From Malacoraja senta (Eukaryota), in assembly GCA_038087875.1 (NCBI GenBank), contig CM075990.1, forward strand, positions 17,672,001 to 17,736,000: a stretch of DNA of 64,000 nucleotides, given 5' to 3'. Positions 24,778 through 37,500 of the stretch are shown piece after piece; within the stretch, counting starts at the first letter, position 1, and each line of letters opens with the position of its first letter. Below the pieces are notes generated by a model that was given only the letters and a program-made list of their open reading frames with translations, searched no databases and was not told the DNA's origin. The position numbers and the translations under genes were made by a program.

Positions 24778-25385
24778 GTCCCAGGCCTCAGTCCCCAGGC
24801 CCCAGTCCCCAGGCCTCAGTCCCCAGGCCCCAGTCTCGGGCCTCAGTCCCCAGGCCCCAGTCCCCAGGCCTCAGTCCCCAGGCCTCAGTCCCCAGTCCCC
24901 AGTCTCAGGCCCCAGTCCCCAGGCCCCAGTCCCCAGGCCCCAGTCCCCAGGCCTCAGTCCCCAGTCCCCAGTCTCAGGCCCCAGTCCCCAGGCCCCAGTC
25001 CCCAGTCCCCAGTCTCAGGCCCCAGTCCCCAGGCCCCAGTCCCCAGGCCCCAGTCCCCAGGCCCCAGTCCCCAGGCCCCAGTCCCCAGGCCCCAGTCCCC
25101 AGGCCTCAGTCCCCAGTCCCCAGTCTCAGGCCCCAGTCCCCAGGCCCCAGTCCCCAGTCCCCAGGCCTCAGTCCCCAGGCCTCAGTCTCGGGCCCCAGTC
25201 CCAGGCCCCAGCCCCCAGGCCCCAGGTCCCAGTCCCCAGGCCTCAGTCCCCAGGCCCCAGTCTCGGGCCCCAGGCCCCAGTCCCCAGCCCCCAGCCCCCA
25301 GGCCTCAGTCCCCAGGCCCCAGGTCCCAGTCCCCAGTCCCCAGGTCCCAGCCCCAGGCCCCAGGCCCCAGTCCCAGCCCCCGTCC
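24778..25385. repeat. 7-bp-unit satellite (CCCCAGT/CCCCAGG) between the X-box and the SPEF1-like ATG
   Basis: About 600 bp tandem array with higher-order 21-bp structure. Confidence 0.95.
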
Positions 25386-25404
25386 TCGGGCCCCGGGCCC
25401 CGCC

Positions 25405-25507
25405 ATGCCGCTGTCTCAGGCCGCGCTACACACGGTCTACGCCTGGATCGACCAGGTGCCTCTGTCACGGCCCAAACGCTGCATCGCGCGGGACTTCAGC
25501 GACGGAG
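25405..25507 (+). CDS. SPEF1: SPEF1-like exon 1
   Basis: cgccATG; MPLSQAALHTVYAWIDQVPLSRPKRCIARDFSDG; G|gtgcgg. Confidence 0.92.
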
Positions 25508-28500
25508 GTGCGGCTGGAGAGCGGTGCAGTAACAGCGGGTCGGGCAGCGTCTCCGGAGAGAGAGAATGGGCGACGTTTCTGGTCGACACCCTTCTTTAGA
25601 CAGAGTCAGGGGAGAGGGAAACGAGCGGTTATAGACGGTGATGTGGAGAGATATAGAACAAATGAAGGAAAGATATACAAAAAGTAACGATGATCAAGGA
25701 AAGATGGAGCCCACAACGGTCCATTGTTGGCTGTGGGGAGGGTGATAACGAGTTATACAGACAATGAAACTCAACAGGAAGACAGTAAAACTAGTATAAC
25801 AACTCGGAATGTGGAGGGACGGAGAGAGGGGGATTCAAGGGTTACAAAATTAGATAGATTAATATTCATACCGCTGTCCAAGCAAAAGATGAGATGCTGC
25901 TCCTCCAATTTGCATTTGGCCTCATTCTGACAATGGAGGAGGCCCAGGACAGAAAGGTCAGTGTGGGAATGGGAGGGGAAGATCGGCCCAGCTCTACCTT
26001 GCTTGTGACACCAGGCTCACCATGTGGTTGACTCAAATGCCTTCTGAAATGGTCTATCAAGCCGTTCAGTTCAAAAGTAATTAGAGATAGGCAGGAAGAG
26101 CTACTACTGTCCAAATTCCAATCTGTAAAAGCATAAATAAGGGCCTTTAATTGGGTACATTCTTGGTAAACCAGCCAAGCTGTGATAGGGCCACCTTCTG
26201 TTCACCATCTCATTGTTATAGCCATGCATAGGTTTTTAATGATTTGCATATGAAAAGCACAAGATACAATGGGAGATAGATTTATGGGTGCGCTGATTAT
26301 ATTGGATCTTGTCTGTAGACTGCACAGTTTGGAATATTGTAGCCATAGTAACTCTGATTTATCCGGTGCATCTTAGGTAAATCATTCCTAGTAATCATCT
26401 TTTGTGTGAAGAAATGGATTTATACTGTTTTGAGTGTGATAACTTTATAAAACAAGCTTTGACAAAAGTGTTGATAAACTTGGCTTATGAACCGTCTGGT
26501 AACAGACCATTCATTGCTATTGATTATTGTAAATCAAATATCAATTAATTTCCTTTTTTACTCTTTAGTTATGGTTGCAGAAGTGGTGAAGCACTTTTTG
26601 CCCAGACTGATAGAACTGCACAACTATATCCCAGCAAATGCTACCCAGCAAAAACTAAGTAACTGGCAGTTATTAAACAGGCAAGTGCACTGATAATTAA
26701 CAGTCTGAAGAAGGGTCTCGGCCCGAAATGTCACCCATTCCATCTCTCCAGAGATCCTGCCTGTCCCTTGGTTAAATCCCTCCCTACCTATGTTCAAGAC
26801 ACCTCAGACACTCTCCGTCGTCTCCGCGCATATCATTCTCTAGGCCCCCATCCTCTCATCTTCACCATGGACGTCCAGTCACTCTACACCTCCATCCCCT
26901 ACCAGGATGGTCTCAAAGCCCTCCGGTTCTTCCTCGACCGGAGAAGCAACCTATACCCGTCCACTGATACTCTCCTCCGCCTAGCGGAGTTGGTCCTTAC
27001 CCTCAATAACTTCTTGTTTGACTCCTCCCATTTCCTCCAAACACAAGGCGTAGCTATGGGCACGCGCATGGGCCCCAGCTACGCCTGCCTCTTTGTCGGG
27101 TACGTAGAACAATCCTTGTTCGAGGCGTACCAGGGCCCCATCTCCGACCTCTACCTCCGCTACATCGACGATTGCTTTGGTGCTACCTCCTGCACCCACA
27201 CACAACTGACTGACTTCATCCGCTTCATCACTAACTTCCATCCGGCACTCAAATACACCTGGACCATTTCCGACACTTCCCTACCATTCCTTGACCTCAC
27301 TATCTCCATCGCAGGTGATAGACCTTTGACCGACATCCACTATAAACCCACTGACTCCCATGGCTATCTAGACCACTCTTCTTCCCACCCTGCTTCCTGT
27401 AAGGACTCCATCCCCTATTCCCAATTCCTCCGTCTACGCCACATCTGCTCCCAGGATGAGGTGTTCCACACCAGGGCATCGGAAATGTCCTCATTCTTCA
27501 GGGAACGGGGGTTCCCCTCCCCTACTATAGATGAGGATTGCAACAGGGTCTCTTCCATACCCCGTAACACTGCTCTCTCTCCCCATCCCCCCACTCGCAA
27601 CAAGGGCAGAGTCCCCCTAGTCCTCACCTTTCACCCCACTAGCCGTCACATACAACAAGTGATCCTCCGTCAGTTTCGCTACCTCCAACGTGACCCCACC
27701 ACTCGCCACATCTTCCCATCTCCCTCCCTGTCTGCCTTCCGCAAAGACCACTCCCTCCATAACCCCCTTGTCAATTCTTCCCTTCCCTCCCGCACCACCC
27801 CCTCCCCGGGTACTTTCCCTTACAACCGCAAGAGATGCTACACTTGTGTAGATGTCAGCTGATCTACATCGGTGAGACCAAGCGTAGGCTTGGCGATCGT
27901 TTCGCCGAACACCTCCGCTCGGTCCGCATTAACCAACCTGACCTCCCGGTGGCTCAGCACTTCAACTCCCCCTCCCATTCCGTATCCGACCTCTCTGTCC
28001 TGGGCCCCCTCCATGGCCAGAGTGAGCACCACCGGAAATTGGAGGAGCAGCACCTCATATTCAACTTGGGGAGTCTGCATCCTGGTTGCATGAACATTGA
28101 ATTCTCACAATTCTGTTAGCCCTTGCTGTCTCCTCCCCTTCCCAGCTCTCCCTCAGCCCTCAGGCTCCTCCTCCTCCTTTTTCCTTTCTTCTCCCCGCCC
28201 CCTCCCACCCCCCATCAGTCTGAAGAAGGGTTTCGGCCCTAAACGTTGCCTATTTCCTTCGCTCCATAGATGCTGCTGCACTCGCTGAGTTTCTCCAGCA
28301 TTTTTGTGTACCTGGGATTTTCCAGCATCTGCAGTTCCTTCTTAAACATCCTGCCTGTCCTGCTGAGTTACTCCAGCATGACTGATAATTCACACTTTGC
28401 TGTCTGCTACAAACTGGTTTTGCTTTGCAGCGGGCCCACCATTTTGGCCTTTCCAATTGAACATACTGAAAAGAAAAGAAAAATAAGTTGGAATTAGTGG

Positions 28501-31500
28501 TGGCAGAATTTTGAACCCACTGTAAAACATTTCTTTGGTAAATATAACGAAGAAATAATTTGTGATACAATGACTGTTGATTGGCCATTGCTCAGAGGCA
28601 GTGCGATCTACAGGGTAATGAAATGACTCATTGGTGAAGCCATTGTCCAGGCAGCCTCCAGCAAAGTAACCGATGCAATCCTGAGGGCTTTGGGTTTCTT
28701 GTGGATGACTTTATATTGGCATCTGCTCAGTTTGCTTCCTGTTATCTTAACCATCCCTCCACATTCATAAGTTCATAAGTTCTAGGAGCAGAATTAGGCC
28801 ATTCGGCCCAACAATTCTACTCCACCATTCAATCATCATGGCTGATCTATCTCTCCCTCTCACCCCCATTCTCCTGCCTTCTCCCCATAACCCCTGACAC
28901 ACATACTAATCAAGAATCTGTCAATCTCCGCCTTAAAAATACCCATTGACTTGGCCTCCACAGCCGTCTGTGGCAATGAATTCCACAGATTCACCACCCT
29001 CTGGCTGAAGACATTGCCTGATTCAACCAACAAGGGAGAACTTGGACCCTCATTTCAGTGTTTTGGTGGCACTTTGCCATTAGTCAATGTGATAGTTGCC
29101 GTGTGATGGGCGACTGGCAAAGTTACCCCGTAAAGCATGAAAGAGGACGTCCTAATGAAGGAATCACCAATGCGTGTGCGCCTCCTGTGTGTGTGGCTAT
29201 GTGGTTTGATTGTGCAGAGAGTTGTTGATCACTAAAGTGAACGGCAGAAAGCTGGTGGTCATGGTCAGCAAGGCAACCACAGTTGCCAACGGCCGAAGCT
29301 CTTGAATCTCTCCTCAAAACCTCTCTGGTTCTTGAACTTTCTTCCCCCTTTTATTGCTGACTGCTTTAAGGATAACTGTAAAGTCTATCTCTTACTGCCT
29401 AAAGGTAATTTTTCATCTGATTGCAGGGGCTCCATGCAGCAGATATTCCACAAGTATATCAATATAAAGTTACTGCCCCATTTTTGTTTATTATTCATTT
29501 GTGACCTTTGGCATCCCAGTGTTCATGGTGGGTCCACAGTGAGATGATGGTCTGCTGTGCTGTCCACATACCAGAAACATGTCCTCATGCTGTCCACATA
29601 CCAGAAACATGTCCTCATGCTCTCCACATACCAGAAACATGTCCTCATGCTCTCCACATACCAGAAACATGTCCTCATGCTGTCCACAGTGTTGCACATC
29701 AGCAGCTTCTGCACTCTCGCTGTGTTCTGTCCACAGTGAATATTGCTGGATAAAGCAGCTGGCTATCCATTATGCATTAATTCTAGCGTTATCCCAAAGC
29801 ACCCAAACTGTGAAAGAAACGGTGAAACTGTGCATTCCCACTGGTGCAGTGAAAAGGAGCAGAAACTCCACTTCCATTTACCACACAGACAGTACCCGTA
29901 GAATGTAGCATTGTTGCTCCCTGCTGATGACTTTATCATTGCTCTCCCTTCCTCTCCCATTGACAAATAGTTTACACAGCCTCTGTTTCTCATTCTACCA
30001 ATGTCAGCACATGGAAAATCTTTTCCACCAAGGTACTTACATATTACATCATTTTCCCTTCCTGAAATCTTGCATATCATGAATTATGAAATCATGGATA
30101 TCAAATTACATTATTAAATGAAATACAATAGTAACTTTCAAACATGGTTGAATGATTTCAGAATTCCAGCAACCACATTTTTTGGTGTTTCTCTGGAGGT
30201 TGATATCTGGAATCAGATACAATCACCACATAAGAGACATTCAGACCGAGAAGCACAAGGATCTATCTGATGTGGGTAAATGAGACTAGCGTAGAAGGGC
30301 AAAATGCTTGCCATAGATGTGTTTCTGAGTCGAACAACACTGTGATTCTTAATCCAGAAATTATTATTTTCACCAAATCAGGTCTTTTATTTTTAAATTC
30401 TTATTGATATATTTCATAATCCATTTACACAGGAAGGTATTTTCCAAATTACATTTTCATATTTCGGAGGAAATGCTGAACAAGTTGGTCAAGAGTTCTC
30501 CTGGAATTATTGAACTGGTTTTGTATACTCTGAGACAGAAGATCGAGGAGGAACTCAGTGTAAAACAAGTAAGAAATAGACACCTTGTTCATACACAGGT
30601 ACATGTATTAAACTATGCTGTCCAGACACCTTTCCTTTAACTGGAATTCTGTAAGTAATTGCAACAACTCAGTGGGATGTGGTCTCAGTGTTATCCCAAA
30701 AGGAACATCGCAGTGCTGTCCCTAAACTTCCTTCTCAGCTCAGGCATGGTCTTGCAATCTCCAAGAGCCTTGCTCAAAAATCAGATCCAAATCACAAGCA
30801 GTCATTCAAATATTTTTACACAGCTTCTTGTTGAAATACTTCGTTCATTTGGCAGCTTGCTGGTATATTTCATGCTTCCAATTCCAGACACTGTCGGGGA
30901 CATTCAGCAGAAGCTCATGTCTCTTTCCCATCAAAGAGCTGGTGTAGTGACACAGACACTGCTTGTCTCTGCAGACCAATGATGCACGTTCCCTAGTGTT
31001 CCCCAACATATTTGGCTGAAAAATGTTTGCCACAGCTCCCTTCTGTTCTATCTATCAATTAACAACCCCACAATCCCCAATTACTGTACTCAACCAAGGG
31101 GCATGGATCCTTCCTACACCCTGTGGAGGCCTCTCATAATCTTACTAATTATCCTCTCAATCTCCTCAGTCCCAAAGGAAAGAAACCTCAGTTCCAGTCG
31201 GTCTGCCCTCATACTCAAGGAGATTCCTTCTTTAAAACCTCTAAGTCTCAAGGTTTACAGTTGTAATAAATGTAACAACTCACATGGTCATATTTATTCA
31301 ATGTGATGGTGCTTGGTTCTAATTCTAATTCTATTGGAATTGTGGAACGTTACATACACTGTCGTTGAACAAGTGGAAGAATGACTGGAGGTCACAGTCT
31401 CTAATTTGACATAAGATCATCAAATGTAATGAAAGTCTGGGCTTGTGTTTTTCCTTTAGCTTTGACCTGCTTCACCAGGCCCGTTATTTTTGGTTGCATT

Positions 31501-34500
31501 GGTGCAGCTGGGTGTTTGAAGATACAAAGAATTGGTAGCTTCCCGAGTCCATGCCTCCCACCAGACAAGGGGCCCGACTAGTTCAGTAGCATCAGTCCAC
31601 AGAAAGAAACAAGTTTGTCCACTGATTTTGTTCCACAGTTTGCAACCCGCTGGGTACAACACAAGCTGGGATCCAGTGTTGTCAGCCTCATATGATTCAG
31701 TTACAAAGGATAAGATGATGTAATTCAGCAGCAGATCTGAGCAACGTTAAGGCAATAGCTTAACCCTGAGAGCAAACGATCGCAAAAACAATGAGGGAAC
31801 ATTTTCCTGTAGTAAGCAGCAACCCACTGTGAAGTTACTGCATAAGGTTCCATATGTTGAACAAAATTAAATTGCTGGAGCCGGTACTCAGTGGATCAGG
31901 CAGCACCTGTGAAGGGAATGGACAGACGACATTTTGGGTCTGTGATTTTTATTTGGTGTTTCCTTCATGTTAACAGGATGTGGAAGATTACACTAATGAA
32001 GCTGATAATTGTTTTCCAGGTGAGTTGTATTTTTGCTTCTATTAACTTAAACTTTAACATTGCCCTCTTGAAGGAGTGGTATGAGTGTTTAAGTATCAGC
32101 TAAAGGAATTACAAAGCATAGGGTGGCACAATGTCGCAGCGGGTAGAGCTGCTGCAGCACAGCGCCAGAGACCCAGGTTTGATCCTAACCTCGGGTACTG
32201 TCTGAGTGCGTTTGCACGTTTTCCCTGTGACTGCATGGGTTTTCTCCAAACATCACAAAAACGTGAACGTTTGTGCCTTTGCGAACGGGTGATCGATACT
32301 CAGCATGAACTCGGTGGGCCGAAGGGCCTGTTTCCATGCTGTGTCGTTCAAATAATGAATTACAAATATTGTAGCATTTGGAAAAAAATAATATTTCAGT
32401 TAGAAAACTAAACCTTTAGCCATCAGAGTTCTATGAAAGGACTTCTGGTTTCTCTAATTAATCCATCAGGATGTTTTGTTCTGGGTGTGGATGGTCAGCT
32501 GTGGCAATATTTAATATGTTTATTAGCTATCCTAATTGGGAATGTCCCGTCTTGTGGATACAACCAGACAGTGAAGGGCTGGCGATATTGTCCCCATCAG
32601 GAAAGCAATGCTGCCATTGTCCTTGTCTTTGGTGATAATGGCGGTGTGCATGAGAGGTGCTGTCAGTGTCGATTCTTAGGTTGCATATATTTAAACAAAA
32701 TATATATTCCAGGAAGATATGTTCAAGGTATTTCTACATTGATCATTGCAGGCAATGGGGTAAACATGTAAGGAAATGTAAATCCTTTTCTTGGAAGCTC
32801 TGGATGAGAAAGTTGTGTGGCGTGTTTGAAGAAGTGTGTTGGAGGCTGCGCATCTCTTCAAGGGTGACTGCAGCTTTGAGATTTTATTCAAACAAATTCA
32901 ATAATAAATGGACAAAGCAAGTGAGCAATTTGTAACCTCACTGTTGGTGAAGGGATTATAGCTGTAACAGGGCCTGGACTTTTAGCATCCTAATGATATG
33001 ATGTGTAGGAAGTGGCTGGACCTGACACAAGGGAAATTGTGCAATTCCATCAGCTGTTGCTGTTGCAAAATATCATGCATTCAGCGTGTGACCTTGTCTC
33101 CAACTGTATTTAAAACATTTGAAAGATTGAATTGTTGAAATGCTCTGAATAGAAAAAATATCCAATCACTGCAAACAAGGCCTCAAATTCCTATTGTAGG
33201 AAGGAACTGCAAGCTGGTTTAACACCTACGATAGACACAAAATGTTGCATTGAGTAACAATGCCTAGACTAACAAGATCACACTAATTAAATTGAAATCC
33301 AGTGGTGCAATTCAACAATACTACGATAATCTATACCTTTCAAATAATTATTGATTAATCATTTAATTTTTTGCCAAACATTTTGTATTGTAAATCAATT
33401 GTGACAATAAAACCACACTGTACAGTAACCAAGTGTATGTAGGAAATAAGTCAAGTCAAGTCAACTTTATTTGTCACATACACATACAAGATGTGCAGTG
33501 AAATGAAAGTGGCAATGCCTGCGGATTGTGCAAAAACTACAGAACAGAATAGAACAGAATCAATATTCTTTTACAAAGGACACAACACAACAGTAAATTA
33601 GTACAGTAAATTAGTCCCTGGTGAGATAAGAGTTTACTGTCCTGATGGCCTGTGGGAAGAAACTCCGTCTCATCCTCTCTGTTTTCACAGCATGACAGCG
33701 GAGGCGTTTGCCTGACCGTAGCAGCTGGAACAGTCCGTGGCTGGGGTGGTAAGGGTCCCCCATAATGTTGCTGGCTCTGGATCTGCACCTCCTGGTGTAT
33801 AGGTCCTGCAGGGGGGCGAGTGTAGTTCCCATAGTGCTTTCGGCCGAACGCACTACTCTCTGCAGAGCCTTCCTGTCCTGGGCAGAGCTGTTCCCAAACC
33901 AGTTTGTGATGTTGCCGGACAAGATGCTTTCTACAGCCCAGAGAAGAAGCACTGAAGGATCCTCAGAGAGACTCTGAATTTCCTCAGATGCCTGAGGTGG
34001 TAAAGGCGCTGCCTTGCCTTACTCACCAGTGCGGCAGTGTGTGTTGTCCATGTCAGATCCTCTGTGATGTGGACTCCCAGGTATTTAAAGCAGCTCACCC
34101 TATCCACAGTAGTCCCATTTATCTCCAGTGGCGTGTACGTCCTCGGATGTTGTGCCCTTCTAAAGTCTACAATCAGCTGCTTGGTTTTTGTGACATTCAA
34201 GAGGAGGCTGTTGTCCTGACACCAGAGTGCCAGATCAGCCACCTCCTCCCGGTAGGCCTTCTCATCGTTATCGGAGATCAGGCCCACCACCACTGTGTCA
34301 TCTGCAAACTTGATGATGGAGTTGGAGCTGAACCTTGCCACACAGTCATGTGTGTACAGGGAGTACAGTAGGCGGCTAAGGACGCAACCCTGGGGGAATC
34401 TGTGTTCAGGATGAGGGGGTTGGAGGTAAGTCTCCCCATCTTGACCACCTGGGGCCTGGCGGAGAGAAATAGGCACTGTATTACCCTGAATTGTTACAAA

Positions 34501-37500
34501 CATGCACAATCTACGGTAATTTCATTCTATTCCCCAGATTACATTCATGTCGGCATGCCTCAATTTGCAAACGGATGCCAATCCAAACCACAACCATGGA
34601 ACAACAATCAAAGGTATTTAAGAATACGATGTTCTTCCTATTGATTTAAATTATCTGTCACCTATTATAGATGATCGAGTAACTATGCTCACCCACCTAG
34701 ACTTACCATAAGTGTTGAAAGGAACTGCTGATATTGGTTTACTTTGAAGATAGACACAAATTTCTGGGGTAACTCAGTGGGACAGGTAGCATCTCTGGAT
34801 GGAAGGAATGAGTGACATTTCGGGTTGGGTTCTAAAGAAGGGTGTAGACTCGAAACATCAGCCATTCCTTCTATCGACAGATGCTGCCTGTCCCGCTGAG
34901 TTACTCCAGCATCTATCTTACCATAACAGTGTTGGAAGTTACCTTTCCTGGGAAACTGAAGGGAGCGACAATCAACTGCCACGGATACAAATAATGTCAT
35001 ACACAAGAAAGGGCAGATGCTGGTTGACAAAAAGTGAACACACAGTGCTGGAGTAATACAAAGACACAGCAGAATTTTGGAAACGTCATCCCGTCACCCA
35101 TTCCTTCTCTCCAGAGATGCTGCCTGTCCCGCTGAGTTAAAGAGTGCCCACGGTAGACTCACGAGTCACTACGGTAAACTCACGGGCTACTACGTTCTTA
35201 CAACGAGTTTAAAAGTTTACAATTTTTATTCAAGAGTAAATTTGACTCGTGGAAATCTTTCATCATGTTGAAAGATTTGCACGAGTTAGCAAGTTTCCCG
35301 AGTACCTGCCGTTAGCGTTACGAGTTCCGACGTTCCCGCTACGTTAATTCTACGTGATTACCACGAGTTTGATTTGTTTTAAACTCGGGATCACTCGTGG
35401 GTGGACTCGCAACGTGAGACAGGGGTTTTAGTTCTATGTTTGAAGTTCAGTAATCCCCAAGTTAAGAATGCTACATTTCTTCTAGAGTGGACAGAATAGA
35501 TTGATTTAAATTCATTTTCTAGTTTGTCAGTCCTGAGAATAATTGGCATGAGAACGGGCGATTGTTGCTAGTTGTTGGGGTGCAGTGTTTGGAATGTGTA
35601 CTCTGTATTTAACTTGTTCTGGCCCTGGCCCAGGAGTGTTTAATGGTGAAGATGTGAGAAAATGATCTCTTCACTAAAGCAAAAGTAACAGAATTTTCCA
35701 GATCATCAAAGTTCAGTTAGCTTTGCGGGTTTCTATACAAACATCTGTATTTAATTTCAAAATTATCTGCCGATTGTATTCAATTTTATAATTCTTCCAG
35801 GCAGTGCTAAAACGATTCATATTCTTTTGCATTCTGAACTTGGATAGTTTCAGACGGGTTCTCCCGGTGACACGGGATGTATTTGTACCTCAGCCAACAT
35901 CACTGTCGGCTTCAGAGTAGCAGTAAAGATCTTGGTGTAGCAATGTATTACCCTTTTTATGATAGAGCTGCTGGTCTTCTCCTATCTGTGTGGAGTTTGC
36001 ACATTCCCGTGTCTCTGTGAGTGTTCTTGAAAGCTCTGGTTTCCTCCCACATTCACAAACCTGCTGATAAATAGTTTATTGTAAACCACCCCCTGGACAG
36101 TGGTTTGGGGAGTTGATGGGCTGAAGAGAAAGTAGTGTACAGGAAAATAAGTAGAGGAATGCATTGATGGGATTTCTCTGAGAGCCAGCATTGACTAAAA
36201 GGGCTGAATGGCCTCCTTCTGTCTTATGGATATAATACAGTATGTAGCAACACATGCATTGAGCTCCATTTTGATAGACCCATTGAATCAATGTTTATCT
36301 TACACGAGAGCATGAACATCTCGGGGTTCTGTCACTGGTCAGAGTAACTGGAATGTTCCTCGTTATTATGGGTGTTGTTCTGTTGCTGCACTGTCAACAT
36401 CACGGCTGTGATAGTTCATTGTCCATCAACAACGTTGGATCTCCTAAAAGACAAGATGTAAAAAACAGATCATTTTTTTAATTTTTCATTGAATTTAACC
36501 AAAGAGGTTCCCTGCCACAACCTGCTCAATCATCAATTGCTGTTTATGCTTTCGACTCTGCAAATTGTTCATTCTTAATCATTGGGTCTGAGGAAGGAAG
36601 TGAACCAGTCTAATGGCCAGCTGGTTCCTATAGTTCTGCTGCCACAATTCCACCTTGCTCTCCGCACTGTTGAACTAGCTCACTGAAGTCTGGTCAGTAT
36701 AAATTATCTCAGGAAGTAGAGGCGTTGATGGGCTAACTTTATAATTGCATCAGTGTATTGGATCCAAGAAAGATCTTCAGAGATAGACACAAAAAGCTGG
36801 AGTAACTCAGCGGGACAGACCACATCTCTGGAGAGAAGGAATGGGTGATGTTTCGGGTCGAGATATGCGCAACCAGGAATTTGAAACTTTTGACTCTCTT
36901 CACCATCGTCCCGTCGATATAGACTGGTTTTTGGGTCCTCATCCTTCTTCTTCCAAAGTCCACAATCAGTTCCCTGGTCTTACTGTTCATGCACTGCATT
37001 CCTGGTGGTAAATTATCCTATGAGTGAGTTTCCCTTGCCTCACTGGTTTTAGATCATTGTGTGAGCAGTACTCCCACTTGGATCCTGCCGTACGTTTCTT
37101 GCTAGAGGAGAAAGATCAGGCTCTGTTGGCTTTCCGGGAGACTGTGGAGGTAAGCAATCAGTCGCCTTTATCTCCGACGTAGTACTGCTGTCAGCTGGCA
37201 CCGTTGGTAACGATTGTCACTGCCCCTGCTCCGAGACCGTGCAGCACAGTTAGTGTGGCCAGAGCAAATGCTGTCAGACGGTTGTGTTTGGTGGAGCTGC
37301 AGGAAGCAGTGACCACACATGCCATGCAAGGTCATCTGACATCCACCCCCACAGCAGGGCTGCTAATACTGGAGGGCACAGGTTTAGGGGAGAGGGGAGA
37401 GATTCAAAAGAATCACAGGGTGGAGGGTGGTGGTTGTGTGGAGCGAGCAGCCAGAGGAGGTGGTGGAGGCAGGTACTATGCCAAGGTTTGAAAGGCTTTG

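Noticed and set aside
24587..25687. 366-aa Pro/Gln/Ser-rich ORF
   Set aside because: Translation of the 7-bp satellite; it is out of frame with the real SPEF1-like exon 1 and runs into a PLE fragment.
29556..29688. Possible CRISPR array (also 7861-8076 and 56671-57208)
   Set aside because: Head-to-tail tandem repeats without unique spacers, no cas genes, eukaryotic context.
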